Source: an uncultured virus (IMG/VR IMGVR_UViG_3300024999_000095) (lineage: Duplodnaviria; Heunggongvirae; Uroviricota; Caudoviricetes). From it: 20,000 nucleotides of DNA. Positions 1 through 7,222 of this stretch are shown in pieces; the first letter of the stretch is position 1, and the number at the start of each line of letters is the position of its first letter. The DNA lies in IMG/VR virus record IMGVR_UViG_3300024999_000095. The stretch is one strand, 5' to 3'. The notes beneath the pieces are model-generated. The model made no database searches and was not told the DNA's origin. It saw only the letters and a list, made by a program, of their open reading frames with translations. The position numbers and the translations under genes were made by a program.

Positions 1-220
1 GCTTGCCGGGGATGATGTACGTCCCGTCCACCGGAGTCTTGACGATCTTCTCCGTGCCATTAAGATGGACAATCTTTTGCAGCACACAAGACACATGCAC
101 CACCTGACCGGCGAGTTTGCGCTTGGTCGCTGCCGCTACCTTCTTGCGCCGGGACTGGTATGCTTCGTAACTTTCACCTTCAAGACGCGCTGGGTTCATG
201 TTCAGTTCAAACATTGTCAT
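1..220 (-). CDS. Hypothetical phage protein, runs off the left window edge (MTMFELNMNPARLEGESYEAYQSRRKK...)
   Basis: Hand translation: frame open from ATG 220 (or 214) to the edge; AGGAG RBS at ~222-226; follows the 225..941 gene. Confidence 0.7.
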   Translation of the reverse strand, partial: MTMFELNMNPARLEGESYEAYQSRRKKVAAATKRKLAGQVVHVSCVLQKIVHLNGTEKIVKTPVDGTYIIPGK

Positions 221-224
221 TCTC

Positions 225-941
225 CTATTTTTTTGCTTTACGCCGTTCGATGTGTGCCTTATGAAGTTTTTTTATTGCAGCCTCAGACGCATTGGGGATT
301 GATAAAAACTTGGAGCAATCTATCGGATCATCACTCATCATCAAGTCAGACAGCAGATGGACTAACGACCAATTTATCTCGACCCCATTCTTGACCTTTT
401 TGTCGAAAATGATGACAGGTTGTTCCTTGCAGCACAAATGACCAGAAGATTTGTCTATTGCGTTCCCGTAGCCGGTGTTCCTGTCGCCGGTGTTCCCGTC
501 GCCGGTGTTCCTGTCGCCGGTGTTCCCGTAGCCGGTGTTCCTGTCGCCGGTGTTCCTGTCGCCGGTGTTCCTGTGGCCGGTGTTCCTGTCGCCGGTGTTC
601 CCGTAGCCGGTGTTCCTGTCGCCGGTGTTCCCGTAGCCGGTGTTCCTGTCGCCATCAAACGAAACCTCTTCAACCAGTCGAATTTCCATGGCAACATGCT
701 TCAAGTCTGCACCTGGGCCTTCACCTCGCATCACTCCCCGCGCCTCAACCTTGAATATCCTCGTACCGGCATCGCTGTAAAAAGACCACGGGCCAGACGG
801 ATACTCACAGAAATGGAACCCACTCTCACACATTGCGATTTCGCCATTGTGCTTATGCCAAACCCCCAACTCAAACTGAAACCCACGGCATTGCATGTTC
901 TTGTCGGTGGCCTTGAAACCTTTTACTATTTCGTCGGTCAT
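225..941 (-). CDS. Phage pentapeptide-repeat (NTGxx) protein with N-terminal 'KGFKATDKNMQCRGFQFE...CESGFHFC' domain (DUF7666-like)
   Basis: ORF track; AAGGAG RBS; N-terminal motif typical of this phage family; 12-13 NTG(DR/YG/HR/DG) repeats. Confidence 0.85.
   Translation of the reverse strand: MTDEIVKGFKATDKNMQCRGFQFELGVWHKHNGEIAMCESGFHFCEYPSGPWSFYSDAGTRIFKVEARGVMRGEGPGADLKHVAMEIRLVEEVSFDGDRNTGYGNTGDRNTGYGNTGDRNTGHRNTGDRNTGDRNTGYGNTGDRNTGDGNTGDRNTGYGNAIDKSSGHLCCKEQPVIIFDKKVKNGVEINWSLVHLLSDLMMSDDPIDCSKFLSIPNASEAAIKKLHKAHIERRKAKK
462..653. repeat. Coding tandem repeat, 15-bp unit GCCGGTGTTCC(T/C)GT(C/A/G), ~13 copies
   Basis: Directly visible; encodes the NTGxx repeats on the minus strand. 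Confidence 0.97.
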
Positions 942-951
942 GTCACTCTCC

Positions 952-1032
952 TTAGATTTGCACTGCGAATGAGAAAATACATACCGCCATCGTCGCGGCG
1001 ATTACTAGGTAGGACAGGATTGAGTTAATCAT
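952..1032 (-). CDS. Small hydrophobic peptide, 26 aa (MINSILSYLVIAATMAVCIFSFAVQI)
   Basis: Hand translation; ATGA overlap with the upstream gene; stop abuts the RBS of the next gene. Confidence 0.55.
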   Translation of the reverse strand: MINSILSYLVIAATMAVCIFSFAVQI

Positions 1033-1280
1033 CTCACACCCCTAAGCCTTTCAGCCGACTTGCGCCCAGCGTCGAGGTCGGACGCTTCGATGGTGGAGTA
1101 ATCACGGTTCCGGTTTCGCTCGTTCATCCACTCTGCGATTGCTGCCGCTGAAAATTTATAGGTGCGGGGTCCGGTCTTGATGTATGGGAATCCTTCTTCC
1201 TCCATCAATCTTTTGATCGTTGGATACGAAGACCCCATGTGTTTCTCGCATTGTTTGATGTTAATGATAATGTCGCTCAT
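1029..1280 (-). CDS. Excisionase/AlpA-like helix-turn-helix protein
   Basis: 'INIKQCEKHMGSSYPTIKRLMEEEGFPYIKTGPRTYKFSAAAIAEWM' has the HTH_17/AlpA pattern; second gene of the leftward operon near the integrase. Confidence 0.8.
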   Translation of the reverse strand: MSDIIINIKQCEKHMGSSYPTIKRLMEEEGFPYIKTGPRTYKFSAAAIAEWMNERNRNRDYSTIEASDLDAGRKSAERLRGVR

Positions 1281-1537
1281 TTCGTCACCTTCTTAGCTAG
1301 GATTTTCTCTTCGCGCTGTTTTCTGAAGAATTTTCTTAACCGGATATCCAACCTGTCACGCGGTCCTGCTGACCACCCCCAGATAGATATCCCGCTGACT
1401 TCCGCCAACTTTGTATAACTCTCCATCGAGATTGAAAATTTGTCTGCCTTGGCTCTTGACACCGTTAATGGGCAGACTCCTGCCGCCTCCGCTAGACGGT
1501 TTTGACTTGTGATGAATTCCACTTGCTTGTTTTCCAC
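1277..1537 (-). CDS. Cro-like HTH regulator
   Basis: 'SQNRLAEAAGVCPLTVSR' HTH; GTG start with GAGAGGGG RBS; divergent from the repressor. Confidence 0.75.
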   Translation of the reverse strand: MENKQVEFITSQNRLAEAAGVCPLTVSRAKADKFSISMESYTKLAEVSGISIWGWSAGPRDRLDIRLRKFFRKQREEKILAKKVTK

Positions 1538-1539
1538 GA

Positions 1540-1828
1540 CCCCTCTCTTGTTAAATGGTTATCTGTATTAACAATTACAACCACCATTTGACGACAAAGT
1601 ACCACCATCGAAAACGCAACGCAATCACAATTTTCTTATGTGTTGACGTTACTGTTGACGTTTTTAATTGTTTGCATTGCTAAATAGTTGATCTTGCTTA
1701 TTATAAAAATAATGCAAAATTATCACTTGACCTTCACGATAAGATAATTATAAGATTAAGTTGTTGTTTAAATCGTTGTTTACTTTACCTTGCTATGGTG
1801 TATACTTAAAACTCCGGGAGTCCCTGCT
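1540..1828. promoter_or_regulatory. AT-rich divergent immunity/switch region with operator-like repeats
   Basis: Direct repeats TGTTGACGTT (1641-1650, 1653-1662) and ACCACCAT (1580-1587, 1601-1608); candidate rightward promoters TTGACC(1727)-18-TAAGAT(1751) and TTTACT(1779)-16-TATACT(1801). Confidence 0.65.
1596..1624 (-). promoter_or_regulatory. Leftward sigma70-type promoter for the cro-xis operon (TTGCGT-17-TACTTT, TG-extended)
   Basis: -35 = rc of 1619-1624, -10 = rc of 1596-1601, 17-bp spacer. Confidence 0.55.
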
Positions 1829-2938
1829 ATGGAACGTAAAAAAAAATCACAGGCTAAGGAAATGACAAGAGAAGAGGTTGGGTATTTCCTCGTTGGGGTA
1901 CAAACGACAATTGCCGAGAGAGGACTTGTGCAAAAAGATTTGGCACTCGAAGCTGGTGTCAGCCCTGAAAACTTCAGCAAGGTTCTCAATCGCCGCATCG
2001 GGTCATCCGCAAAGTACCGGAAAAAAATCTGTGATGCTCTTAGCGTAACCGTTGAAGAAATGGTGATGATCGGCAAGCCTACCCCCGAACCTCAACAGGA
2101 GGCCACTAAATTCCCGGTGGCGATCCCCAAAGATTACCTTCCCGCTGATGAGGTGGCGCAATACGTAGCCAGAGTGTCTACCTCTTTATTAGATATATCT
2201 GCTTCTTATTCTAAAATAGACGCCCGTTTAAAATATTGGCAGCAACTTTTTGAGACTATGCCAGTTCCTGTGGTCGTTCTTAGAGACGGGTTGGTTTATA
2301 ATCAGAACCGGCGCAGCAGGGCGATCTGGGATGGTTTGGGCCGGTCGCTGTGTTCAGGGTGTCGAGACGAGAAGTGCAAGGAGTACGACTGCAATATCAA
2401 GGACGCAATTGATAAGGGGAAAGACATCGAAGTTTACAAGATGATCGGGGACGATTACTACAAAGTAATAGCAACTCATTTTTCAGCGAATAACCATGAA
2501 TACACGACAATTGTTATTACCCCGATTGCTGAATGTAAAACAGCTATGGAAAAACTTACTCAACTTGCCGACGAGCGGGCATTCCTCGAAAGCAATCAAT
2601 ATGAGGCGGCAGAATACTACGCTGATGCAAATCGCCGCGTGAGTTACTGCAACCATGCATTTCTTCGACTATTTGAGATTGAACGCGACGACATAAAAAC
2701 GACCGACGACTTTCATATTCTTTTGTCAAGGAAACTTTTCTACTTCCAGCACGTAGCGAAAGCAGCAGACGAGGTTCGTATGTCTAAGAAACCGGCAGAA
2801 GTGGTGGCAAAGTTGACGAACAATAAGACGGTCCATTTCATATTCAAACCACATCTCAAGGACGGAGAACTGCAAGGGGTGATGGTGATGGTATTAACCC
2901 CTGAGTTATACGAGGCATTCAACGGAGGTGAAAAATGA
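1829..2938 (+). CDS. CI-position repressor: XRE-family HTH fused to two PAS-like domains (369 aa)
   Basis: ATG 1829 with GGGAG RBS; HTH 'RGLVQKDLALEAGVSPENFSKVLN'; PAS-like 'WQQLFETMPVPVVVLRDGLVYNQN' and 'EYYADANRRVSYCNHAFLRLFEI'; lies between cro and int. Confidence 0.8.
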   Translation: MERKKKSQAKEMTREEVGYFLVGVQTTIAERGLVQKDLALEAGVSPENFSKVLNRRIGSSAKYRKKICDALSVTVEEMVMIGKPTPEPQQEATKFPVAIPKDYLPADEVAQYVARVSTSLLDISASYSKIDARLKYWQQLFETMPVPVVVLRDGLVYNQNRRSRAIWDGLGRSLCSGCRDEKCKEYDCNIKDAIDKGKDIEVYKMIGDDYYKVIATHFSANNHEYTTIVITPIAECKTAMEKLTQLADERAFLESNQYEAAEYYADANRRVSYCNHAFLRLFEIERDDIKTTDDFHILLSRKLFYFQHVAKAADEVRMSKKPAEVVAKLTNNKTVHFIFKPHLKDGELQGVMVMVLTPELYEAFNGGEK

Positions 2939-4041
2939 GTGCGATAGTACGGGAGAAACCCAAAGGTTCAGGCACATGGTACGTTTTTGTCAATGACAAC
3001 GGCCACCGACGAGCAGCCAAGATGCCCAACCGCCGCACCGCCGAGGTGATTGCAAAGGAAATCAACGCTGAGATGATCGCCGGGAAATTCAATCTCGGTA
3101 CTAAGGAGGCGGGAACGGTGCGGGAGTATGCTGAACGGTGGATGGAACACTCTACGGTCAAACCAGCTACCCGCAGCAATTACCAATCAATCCTGACCAC
3201 CCACATCTACCCCAAGTTTGCCGATAAGCCGGTTGACCAGATCAAGCGGGGAGATGTAAAAGACTTTTTGAAGAAGAAGATCAAGGATGGATTGAGCCTG
3301 TCCACGGCCAAGAATATCAAGGCGGCACTCTACAACATTTTTGAGACTGCCCTGGACGATGAGGCTATCCCCTCAAACCCTGCAAGTCGGGTCGGTGAGT
3401 TGGTAGCGAGGAATCAGAAGGCGCACACTACCGGCAAGGCTGGATTCTTCACGCCGGAAGAATTGACTAAATTGTTAAACGCTTTCCTCAAGTATCGACC
3501 GCAACACTACTTGCTTGCGTTGTTATTGGCACGTACAGGCATGAGGGTTGGTGAAGCTGTAGCTTTGCAATGGCGGGACTGCAACTTTGACACTAAACAG
3601 ATATCAGTGAGACGGGCGAAGTCGCGGACGGTCATCGACACTACCAAATCAGGCAAGGATAGACTGATAGATATGAGTGACCAGTTAGCCTCCGAATTGA
3701 GGAAGAAGCGCACCGAGGCAGTGTCCGACTCACTCAGAACGGGGCGAAGGTCAGACTATATATTCGTCGGCAGGACAAGTGCGACACTCGACCCGACTGC
3801 GTGGCGTAAGCGCAACTTCGATCCGATGTGTGAAAAGGCGGGGCTGGGGAAAAGGTTGGTTAAGGATCTCCGGCATACTTACGCATCGTTACTCCTGTAC
3901 CACGGCAAGTCGCTGAAATATGTGCAGCAGCAACTCGGACATCACTCTATCAAGATTACGGCAGACACGTACTCGCACCTCATCAAGAACCCGGATCATG
4001 GGACTGTTAATGTGCTGGACGATGTAGTGAGTGGGGAGTAG
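2935..4041 (+). CDS. int: Tyrosine recombinase (phage integrase)
   Basis: 'ARTGMRVGEAVALQW', 'KDLRHTYAS', 'LGHHSIKITADTYSH'; N-terminal arm-binding-like segment; adjacent to attP. Confidence 0.97.
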   Translation: MSAIVREKPKGSGTWYVFVNDNGHRRAAKMPNRRTAEVIAKEINAEMIAGKFNLGTKEAGTVREYAERWMEHSTVKPATRSNYQSILTTHIYPKFADKPVDQIKRGDVKDFLKKKIKDGLSLSTAKNIKAALYNIFETALDDEAIPSNPASRVGELVARNQKAHTTGKAGFFTPEELTKLLNAFLKYRPQHYLLALLLARTGMRVGEAVALQWRDCNFDTKQISVRRAKSRTVIDTTKSGKDRLIDMSDQLASELRKKRTEAVSDSLRTGRRSDYIFVGRTSATLDPTAWRKRNFDPMCEKAGLGKRLVKDLRHTYASLLLYHGKSLKYVQQQLGHHSIKITADTYSHLIKNPDHGTVNVLDDVVSGE

Positions 4042-4048
4042 GGGCTTT

Positions 4049-4073
4049 GCAACCTTGCGCAACGGAATGCAAC
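4049..4073 (+). repeat. Probable integrase arm-type sites: GCAAC x3 at exact 10-bp period
   Basis: GCAAC at 4049, 4059, 4069; related GCCAC/GCAAC/ACAAC at 4246, 4266, 4276 on the other side of the core. Confidence 0.65.
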
Positions 4074-4082
4074 TGGAAAAAT

Positions 4083-4120
4083 AAAAAGGGTTCTCAGATT
4101 GCTCTGGAACCCTTTGTTTT
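4083..4120. terminator. Bidirectional intrinsic terminator between int and the tRNA fragment
   Basis: AAAGGGTTC(T)CAGA-TTGC-TCTGGAACCCTTT hairpin with A-run before and T-rich tail after. Confidence 0.85.
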
Positions 4121-4122
4121 AC

Positions 4123-4167
4123 TGGAGCCAATAAGGGGACTCGAACCCCTGACCTACTGGTTACGAA
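4123..4167 (-). other. attP: attP identity block: 3' half of tRNA-Thr(CGT), anticodon loop to CCA
   Basis: Minus strand reads TTCGTAA CCAGT AGGTC AGGGG TTCGAGT CCCCT TATTGGC T CCA; the 5' half is absent. Confidence 0.9.
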
Positions 4168-4196
4168 AGAGTTGTCCTTATTTCGGCTACTTATAA

Positions 4197-4209
4197 TATC
4201 AAGCGGTTA
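4197..4209 (+). promoter_or_regulatory. IHF consensus site in the attP arm
   Basis: TATCAAGCGGTTA matches WATCAANNNNTTR exactly. Confidence 0.6.
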
Positions 4210-4289
4210 CGTGTTCAGGCAAATCACTTATATTGTTAGGAATCTGCCACTTTCTTGACTAATCTGCAACTATTTACAACCAAATTGAC

Positions 4290-4868
4290 TCAGATTGACT
4301 TGTTAGGAACCAATGCGGCAATTTTCTTTTTTACCCAATCCTCACCCTTCTGTGAGACGAGATAATTGTATGCTGTAGAGTCTTCGTTGCACTCGTTCCA
4401 CCCTACTTCTACCTCACTCTCAAATCTGATCATCACCGCAGTTATTTTGTCGTTAAACAGGCCAAGGTTTACGCCTTTGTTGTCCACTTTTATTTGTGCA
4501 CACCACTTGCCGCTTCGCTTGTCATAGTGAACACCCCTAATCCCAGACGTATTCTTGACAGACACTAATGAATTGCGGAGATTGCATTGCTGAGACACTT
4601 CTCTCAGGTTCTCTATCCTGTTATCGTCTCTTATGTGGTTGATATGGTCAATCCCCTTTTCGGGGAGATACCCATGATGCCAAAGCCAAACTACACGGTG
4701 AACCCTGTATTCTTTCTTGTCAATCTTAACCAGCACATACCCTTCGTTATGCCGTCTTGTTATGACCTCCCCTTCCCTCGCAGTGGGACTGGCACTCACC
4801 CTCCGCACCAGCACACCATCTTCCCGATAATCGAACAACTCCCGGACTCTTTCCTGCGTCAGTTTCAT
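4290..4868 (-). CDS. HNH endonuclease with C-terminal AP2 domain
   Basis: 'HRVVWLWHHG...IDHINHIRDDNRIENLR' HNH; 'NTSGIRGV...KWCAQI...LGLF' AP2. Confidence 0.93.
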   Translation of the reverse strand: MKLTQERVRELFDYREDGVLVRRVSASPTAREGEVITRRHNEGYVLVKIDKKEYRVHRVVWLWHHGYLPEKGIDHINHIRDDNRIENLREVSQQCNLRNSLVSVKNTSGIRGVHYDKRSGKWCAQIKVDNKGVNLGLFNDKITAVMIRFESEVEVGWNECNEDSTAYNYLVSQKGEDWVKKKIAALVPNKSI

Positions 4869-4965
4869 TTCACCTCACTCGTTGAATTAATCTTGCAGCG
4901 CAACCGAGTACATTTTCGCACCCCATCCGCACATATCCGCACACAGTTGAGCACGGTGGCGCACG

Positions 4966-5352
4966 TTAGGACTCCTCGTCATCAAGGTCTTCCCAACAAT
5001 CCTCAATCATCGCACAGACCATAGCCCTTGCCCCTGGTGTCAATGCTTCAATACAGGACTCGGAGATATCACCGCCGCTGTCATTAACGTGTTCTTCAAG
5101 CATCCACTTAGTTTCGCCGTAATAAAATCCGTCCTTGAAGAACTCGCGCCGGATGCTCAGGCAATCCAGGCAAGTTTTGTGCTTGGATATTTCGCCATCA
5201 TAGACAGTAACCTCAAGATTGTATTTCTCACCCACATCAATCACTCGCTTGCACTCGTTGCATTTATGCTGCTTCCTGGCTACTGGTTGTTCTTCCCGCA
5301 GCATCGTGCAATAATCTTCGACATCACAATAAACTGTTGCACATTCCATCAC
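4966..5352 (-). CDS. Phage protein with CxxC...CxxC zinc-finger
   Basis: 'ARKQHKCNECKRVI...KTCLDC'; coupled overlap with the upstream gene. Confidence 0.8.
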   Translation of the reverse strand: MMECATVYCDVEDYCTMLREEQPVARKQHKCNECKRVIDVGEKYNLEVTVYDGEISKHKTCLDCLSIRREFFKDGFYYGETKWMLEEHVNDSGGDISESCIEALTPGARAMVCAMIEDCWEDLDDEES

Positions 5353-5636
5353 CCCACCTCCTTATCAGGGATTACCACATACTCTGGCACCCTGCTCATC
5401 TCCATACTGAGAACCTTGTCAAAAAGTGTCTCGTATTGGAGCATGATGTGATATGCCAGCATCGTCATCCTGTCTTCACCGGACAACCCGTCTCGATCTG
5501 CAATCTGGTAGACATAGCGTACCGTTGTTGCGGTTGCGCTAAGGGTTCGGGAGTACCCACCTTCCTTTTCCTCAAGCCTGGCACCTAAATACGCCACATC
5601 GTGAATCCGCCGCCTCATCTCGTTAATGTCCATCAC
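5349..5636 (-). CDS. Hypothetical phage protein
   Basis: ORF track; part of a tightly packed leftward array. Confidence 0.75.
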   Translation of the reverse strand: MMDINEMRRRIHDVAYLGARLEEKEGGYSRTLSATATTVRYVYQIADRDGLSGEDRMTMLAYHIMLQYETLFDKVLSMEMSRVPEYVVIPDKEVG

Positions 5637-5641
5637 ACCCC

Positions 5642-5836
5642 CTACAGTCCGTTTTCATCCAGCACATGAGAAAGCAGGATAGCCAGCATCTCAGCAGTCT
5701 GCTCCCTGATGAACGATTCCTCGGCCCGCCTTGCCCATTCCAGATTAGTCATGGGGTTAGCCTCCACCTCGTTTTTGCACCTGTCAATGTATCTGCCGAT
5801 GCAGTCCATTATCCCTTCGCGTACTGTACTCATCAC
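5642..5836 (-). CDS. Hypothetical phage protein
   Basis: ORF track; GGGGAG RBS; overlap with neighbour. Confidence 0.7.
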   Translation of the reverse strand: MMSTVREGIMDCIGRYIDRCKNEVEANPMTNLEWARRAEESFIREQTAEMLAILLSHVLDENGL

Positions 5837-6048
5837 CGCTCCCCCGTATATTTGACATTCCGCTCAGGGAACTTCTCCCGGCAAGCGAGCCGAACAAACG
5901 ATGCCGCGCGCTCGTTTTTCGCGTTCGGAATATTCTGCAATATGCAGTCCTCGTATGTCCTCGGCTCGTTGAACTGTGACACTAGGTACGCCCCTGAGAT
6001 GAGGGTTACTACGACTATACCCATAAGCAGCATCTTATTGTCCATCAC
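5833..6048 (-). CDS. Small membrane-anchored protein (N-terminal TM, 'TYEDCIL...ACREKFP')
   Basis: AAGGAGG RBS; hydrophobic N-terminus followed by a Cys pair. Confidence 0.75.
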   Translation of the reverse strand: MMDNKMLLMGIVVVTLISGAYLVSQFNEPRTYEDCILQNIPNAKNERAASFVRLACREKFPERNVKYTGER

Positions 6049-6250
6049 ACCTCCTTGCCGCTAAGTATTCAGCGGCCTCCAAACAACTCCGGGAAAGATA
6101 GCGTAAGTCTGATTCAGACAAGTACACCTTGCCGCACTCCCCATCGCCATCAGCATCAAGCATATATCCTTTGAAATGCTTGCCATCCACAGTCGGACTA
6201 AAGTTGCCAAGGAATTTCATATCCTCCCTTGCTTGCTTGCTCAGTTCCAT
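6035..6250 (-). CDS. Hypothetical phage protein (MELSKQ...)
   Basis: AAGGAGG RBS before ATG 6250; first gene of the leftward accessory operon. Confidence 0.75.
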   Translation of the reverse strand: MELSKQAREDMKFLGNFSPTVDGKHFKGYMLDADGDGECGKVYLSESDLRYLSRSCLEAAEYLAARRCDGQ

Positions 6251-6306
6251 CACCCCTCCTTTTGTTCTACATTCTAGAATCAAAGAAACTCTGCCTTGTA
6301 GATCAA

Positions 6307-6342
6307 ATATTACTTGCCTATCACAAAAAAATCAAGTATATT
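6307..6342. promoter_or_regulatory. Overlapping divergent sigma70 promoters
   Basis: Rightward TTGCCT(6314)-17-TATATT(6337); leftward TTGATT(rc 6330-6335)-17-TAATAT(rc 6307-6312). Confidence 0.6.
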
Positions 6343-6370
6343 TTACGTATGATAATAAAAAAGGAGGCGC

Positions 6371-6538
6371 ATGAAGAAACCAGCAATTACAGAGACTATC
6401 TGCCTTGAGTGTGTTTGTCAACGCTGCGGTCATCGGTGGGTAGCGCGGGGCAAGGTTGCTCCTAAGCTCTGCCCCAATCAGAAATGTCACAGTCCTAATT
6501 GGACTACGGCTAAGAAGGTTAAGAAGGAGGGGATATGA
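6371..6538 (+). CDS. Small zinc-ribbon protein, 55 aa (CQRCGHRW...PKLCPNQKCHSPNW)
   Basis: Hand translation (not in ORF track); AAGGAGG RBS; ATGA overlap with the next gene. Confidence 0.85.
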   Translation: MKKPAITETICLECVCQRCGHRWVARGKVAPKLCPNQKCHSPNWTTAKKVKKEGI

Positions 6539-6726
6539 AACCATCACCAGAAAACGGAGGAGGTTGGGTTAAGCCGACCTTCAGCGAGATATCAGAGAGG
6601 TGCCCGTGGCGGGACGTTGGTCAATGCATAGTATTATGGACAGCGGAGAGATATAGGAAGCTGGGCGGGGCCAACTGTTCGCCAGAGCATTGCGCTGTGT
6701 TCTACTGGATCAAGGAGATGCGATGA
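6535..6726 (+). CDS. Small Cys-containing hypothetical protein
   Basis: ORF track; AAGGAGG RBS; coupled overlaps. Confidence 0.7.
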   Translation: MKPSPENGGGWVKPTFSEISERCPWRDVGQCIVLWTAERYRKLGGANCSPEHCAVFYWIKEMR

Positions 6727-7046
6727 AGATCCAAGCGCACCGCATCCGCATCACCACTCCGCAGCCGATAAGGTGGTATGCCGACAAAGTAGGGCGGCAG
6801 TTTTGGGCTGAATACGTAGGCTCTGATTTTTGCTGGAAGGTAATTCAGGAAGGGAATACAGACACGCCACGGTACGTTCATGCGTTTGAGTGTGTGGTCG
6901 TGCGTGAGGCTGAGGTTGAGGTTGACCTGATACAGACAGTACGGGAGATTAAGAAATGCAAGTGCGACTTCCGCACCCGCTTAGTCGGTGACGGATGCTC
7001 TGTTTGCAACCCTGAGTATGCAGCGCAATTCAAAGAGGATGAATGA
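6723..7046 (+). CDS. Hypothetical phage protein with C-terminal 'CKC...GDGCSVCNP' motif
   Basis: ATG 6723 after AAGGAG; ATGA overlap. Confidence 0.75.
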   Translation: MKIQAHRIRITTPQPIRWYADKVGRQFWAEYVGSDFCWKVIQEGNTDTPRYVHAFECVVVREAEVEVDLIQTVREIKKCKCDFRTRLVGDGCSVCNPEYAAQFKEDE

Positions 7047-7222
7047 TGGACCAGGCTACAATAGGCCTAGACCTTGTTGTTGGGGGGATATTATCAAGGA
7101 TTGCTGGTTGCGAAGAGTACCGCGACATCTGCGAGGACATCCACGCGCAGCTATCCGAGCGGGGGGAGGTGGACCCATACACTCGTGATCGGCTGAAAAT
7201 TTTGATTGATGGGGAGGAATGA
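7043..7222 (+). CDS. Hypothetical protein, 59 aa (MMDQATIGLDLVVGG...)
   Basis: Hand translation; ATGA overlaps at both ends. Confidence 0.7.
   Translation: MMDQATIGLDLVVGGILSRIAGCEEYRDICEDIHAQLSERGEVDPYTRDRLKILIDGEE

Noticed and set aside
462..653. CRISPR array or DGR variable region
   Set aside because: Units are contiguous with no spacers; no reverse transcriptase or template repeat in the window; the adenines of AAC ACC are invariant
420..1028. ORFs encoding (VPVAG)n, (TGTPA)n and Arg/Cys repeats
   Set aside because: Other-frame shadows of the stop-free 15-bp repeat; only the NTGxx frame has an RBS and a recognisable domain
1790..1828. TTG start at 1790 for the repressor
   Set aside because: Overlaps a promoter-like TATACT; ATG 1829 has a properly spaced GGGAG
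4123..4200. Complete phage tRNA gene
   Set aside because: No D-arm and no 5' acceptor or anticodon stem complementary to the 3' half; it is an att fragment
4865..4965. Tiny ORF and ATCCGCACA tandem duplicate (4925, 4935)
   Set aside because: Two alternative frames under 35 aa, neither well supported; repeat too short to interpret
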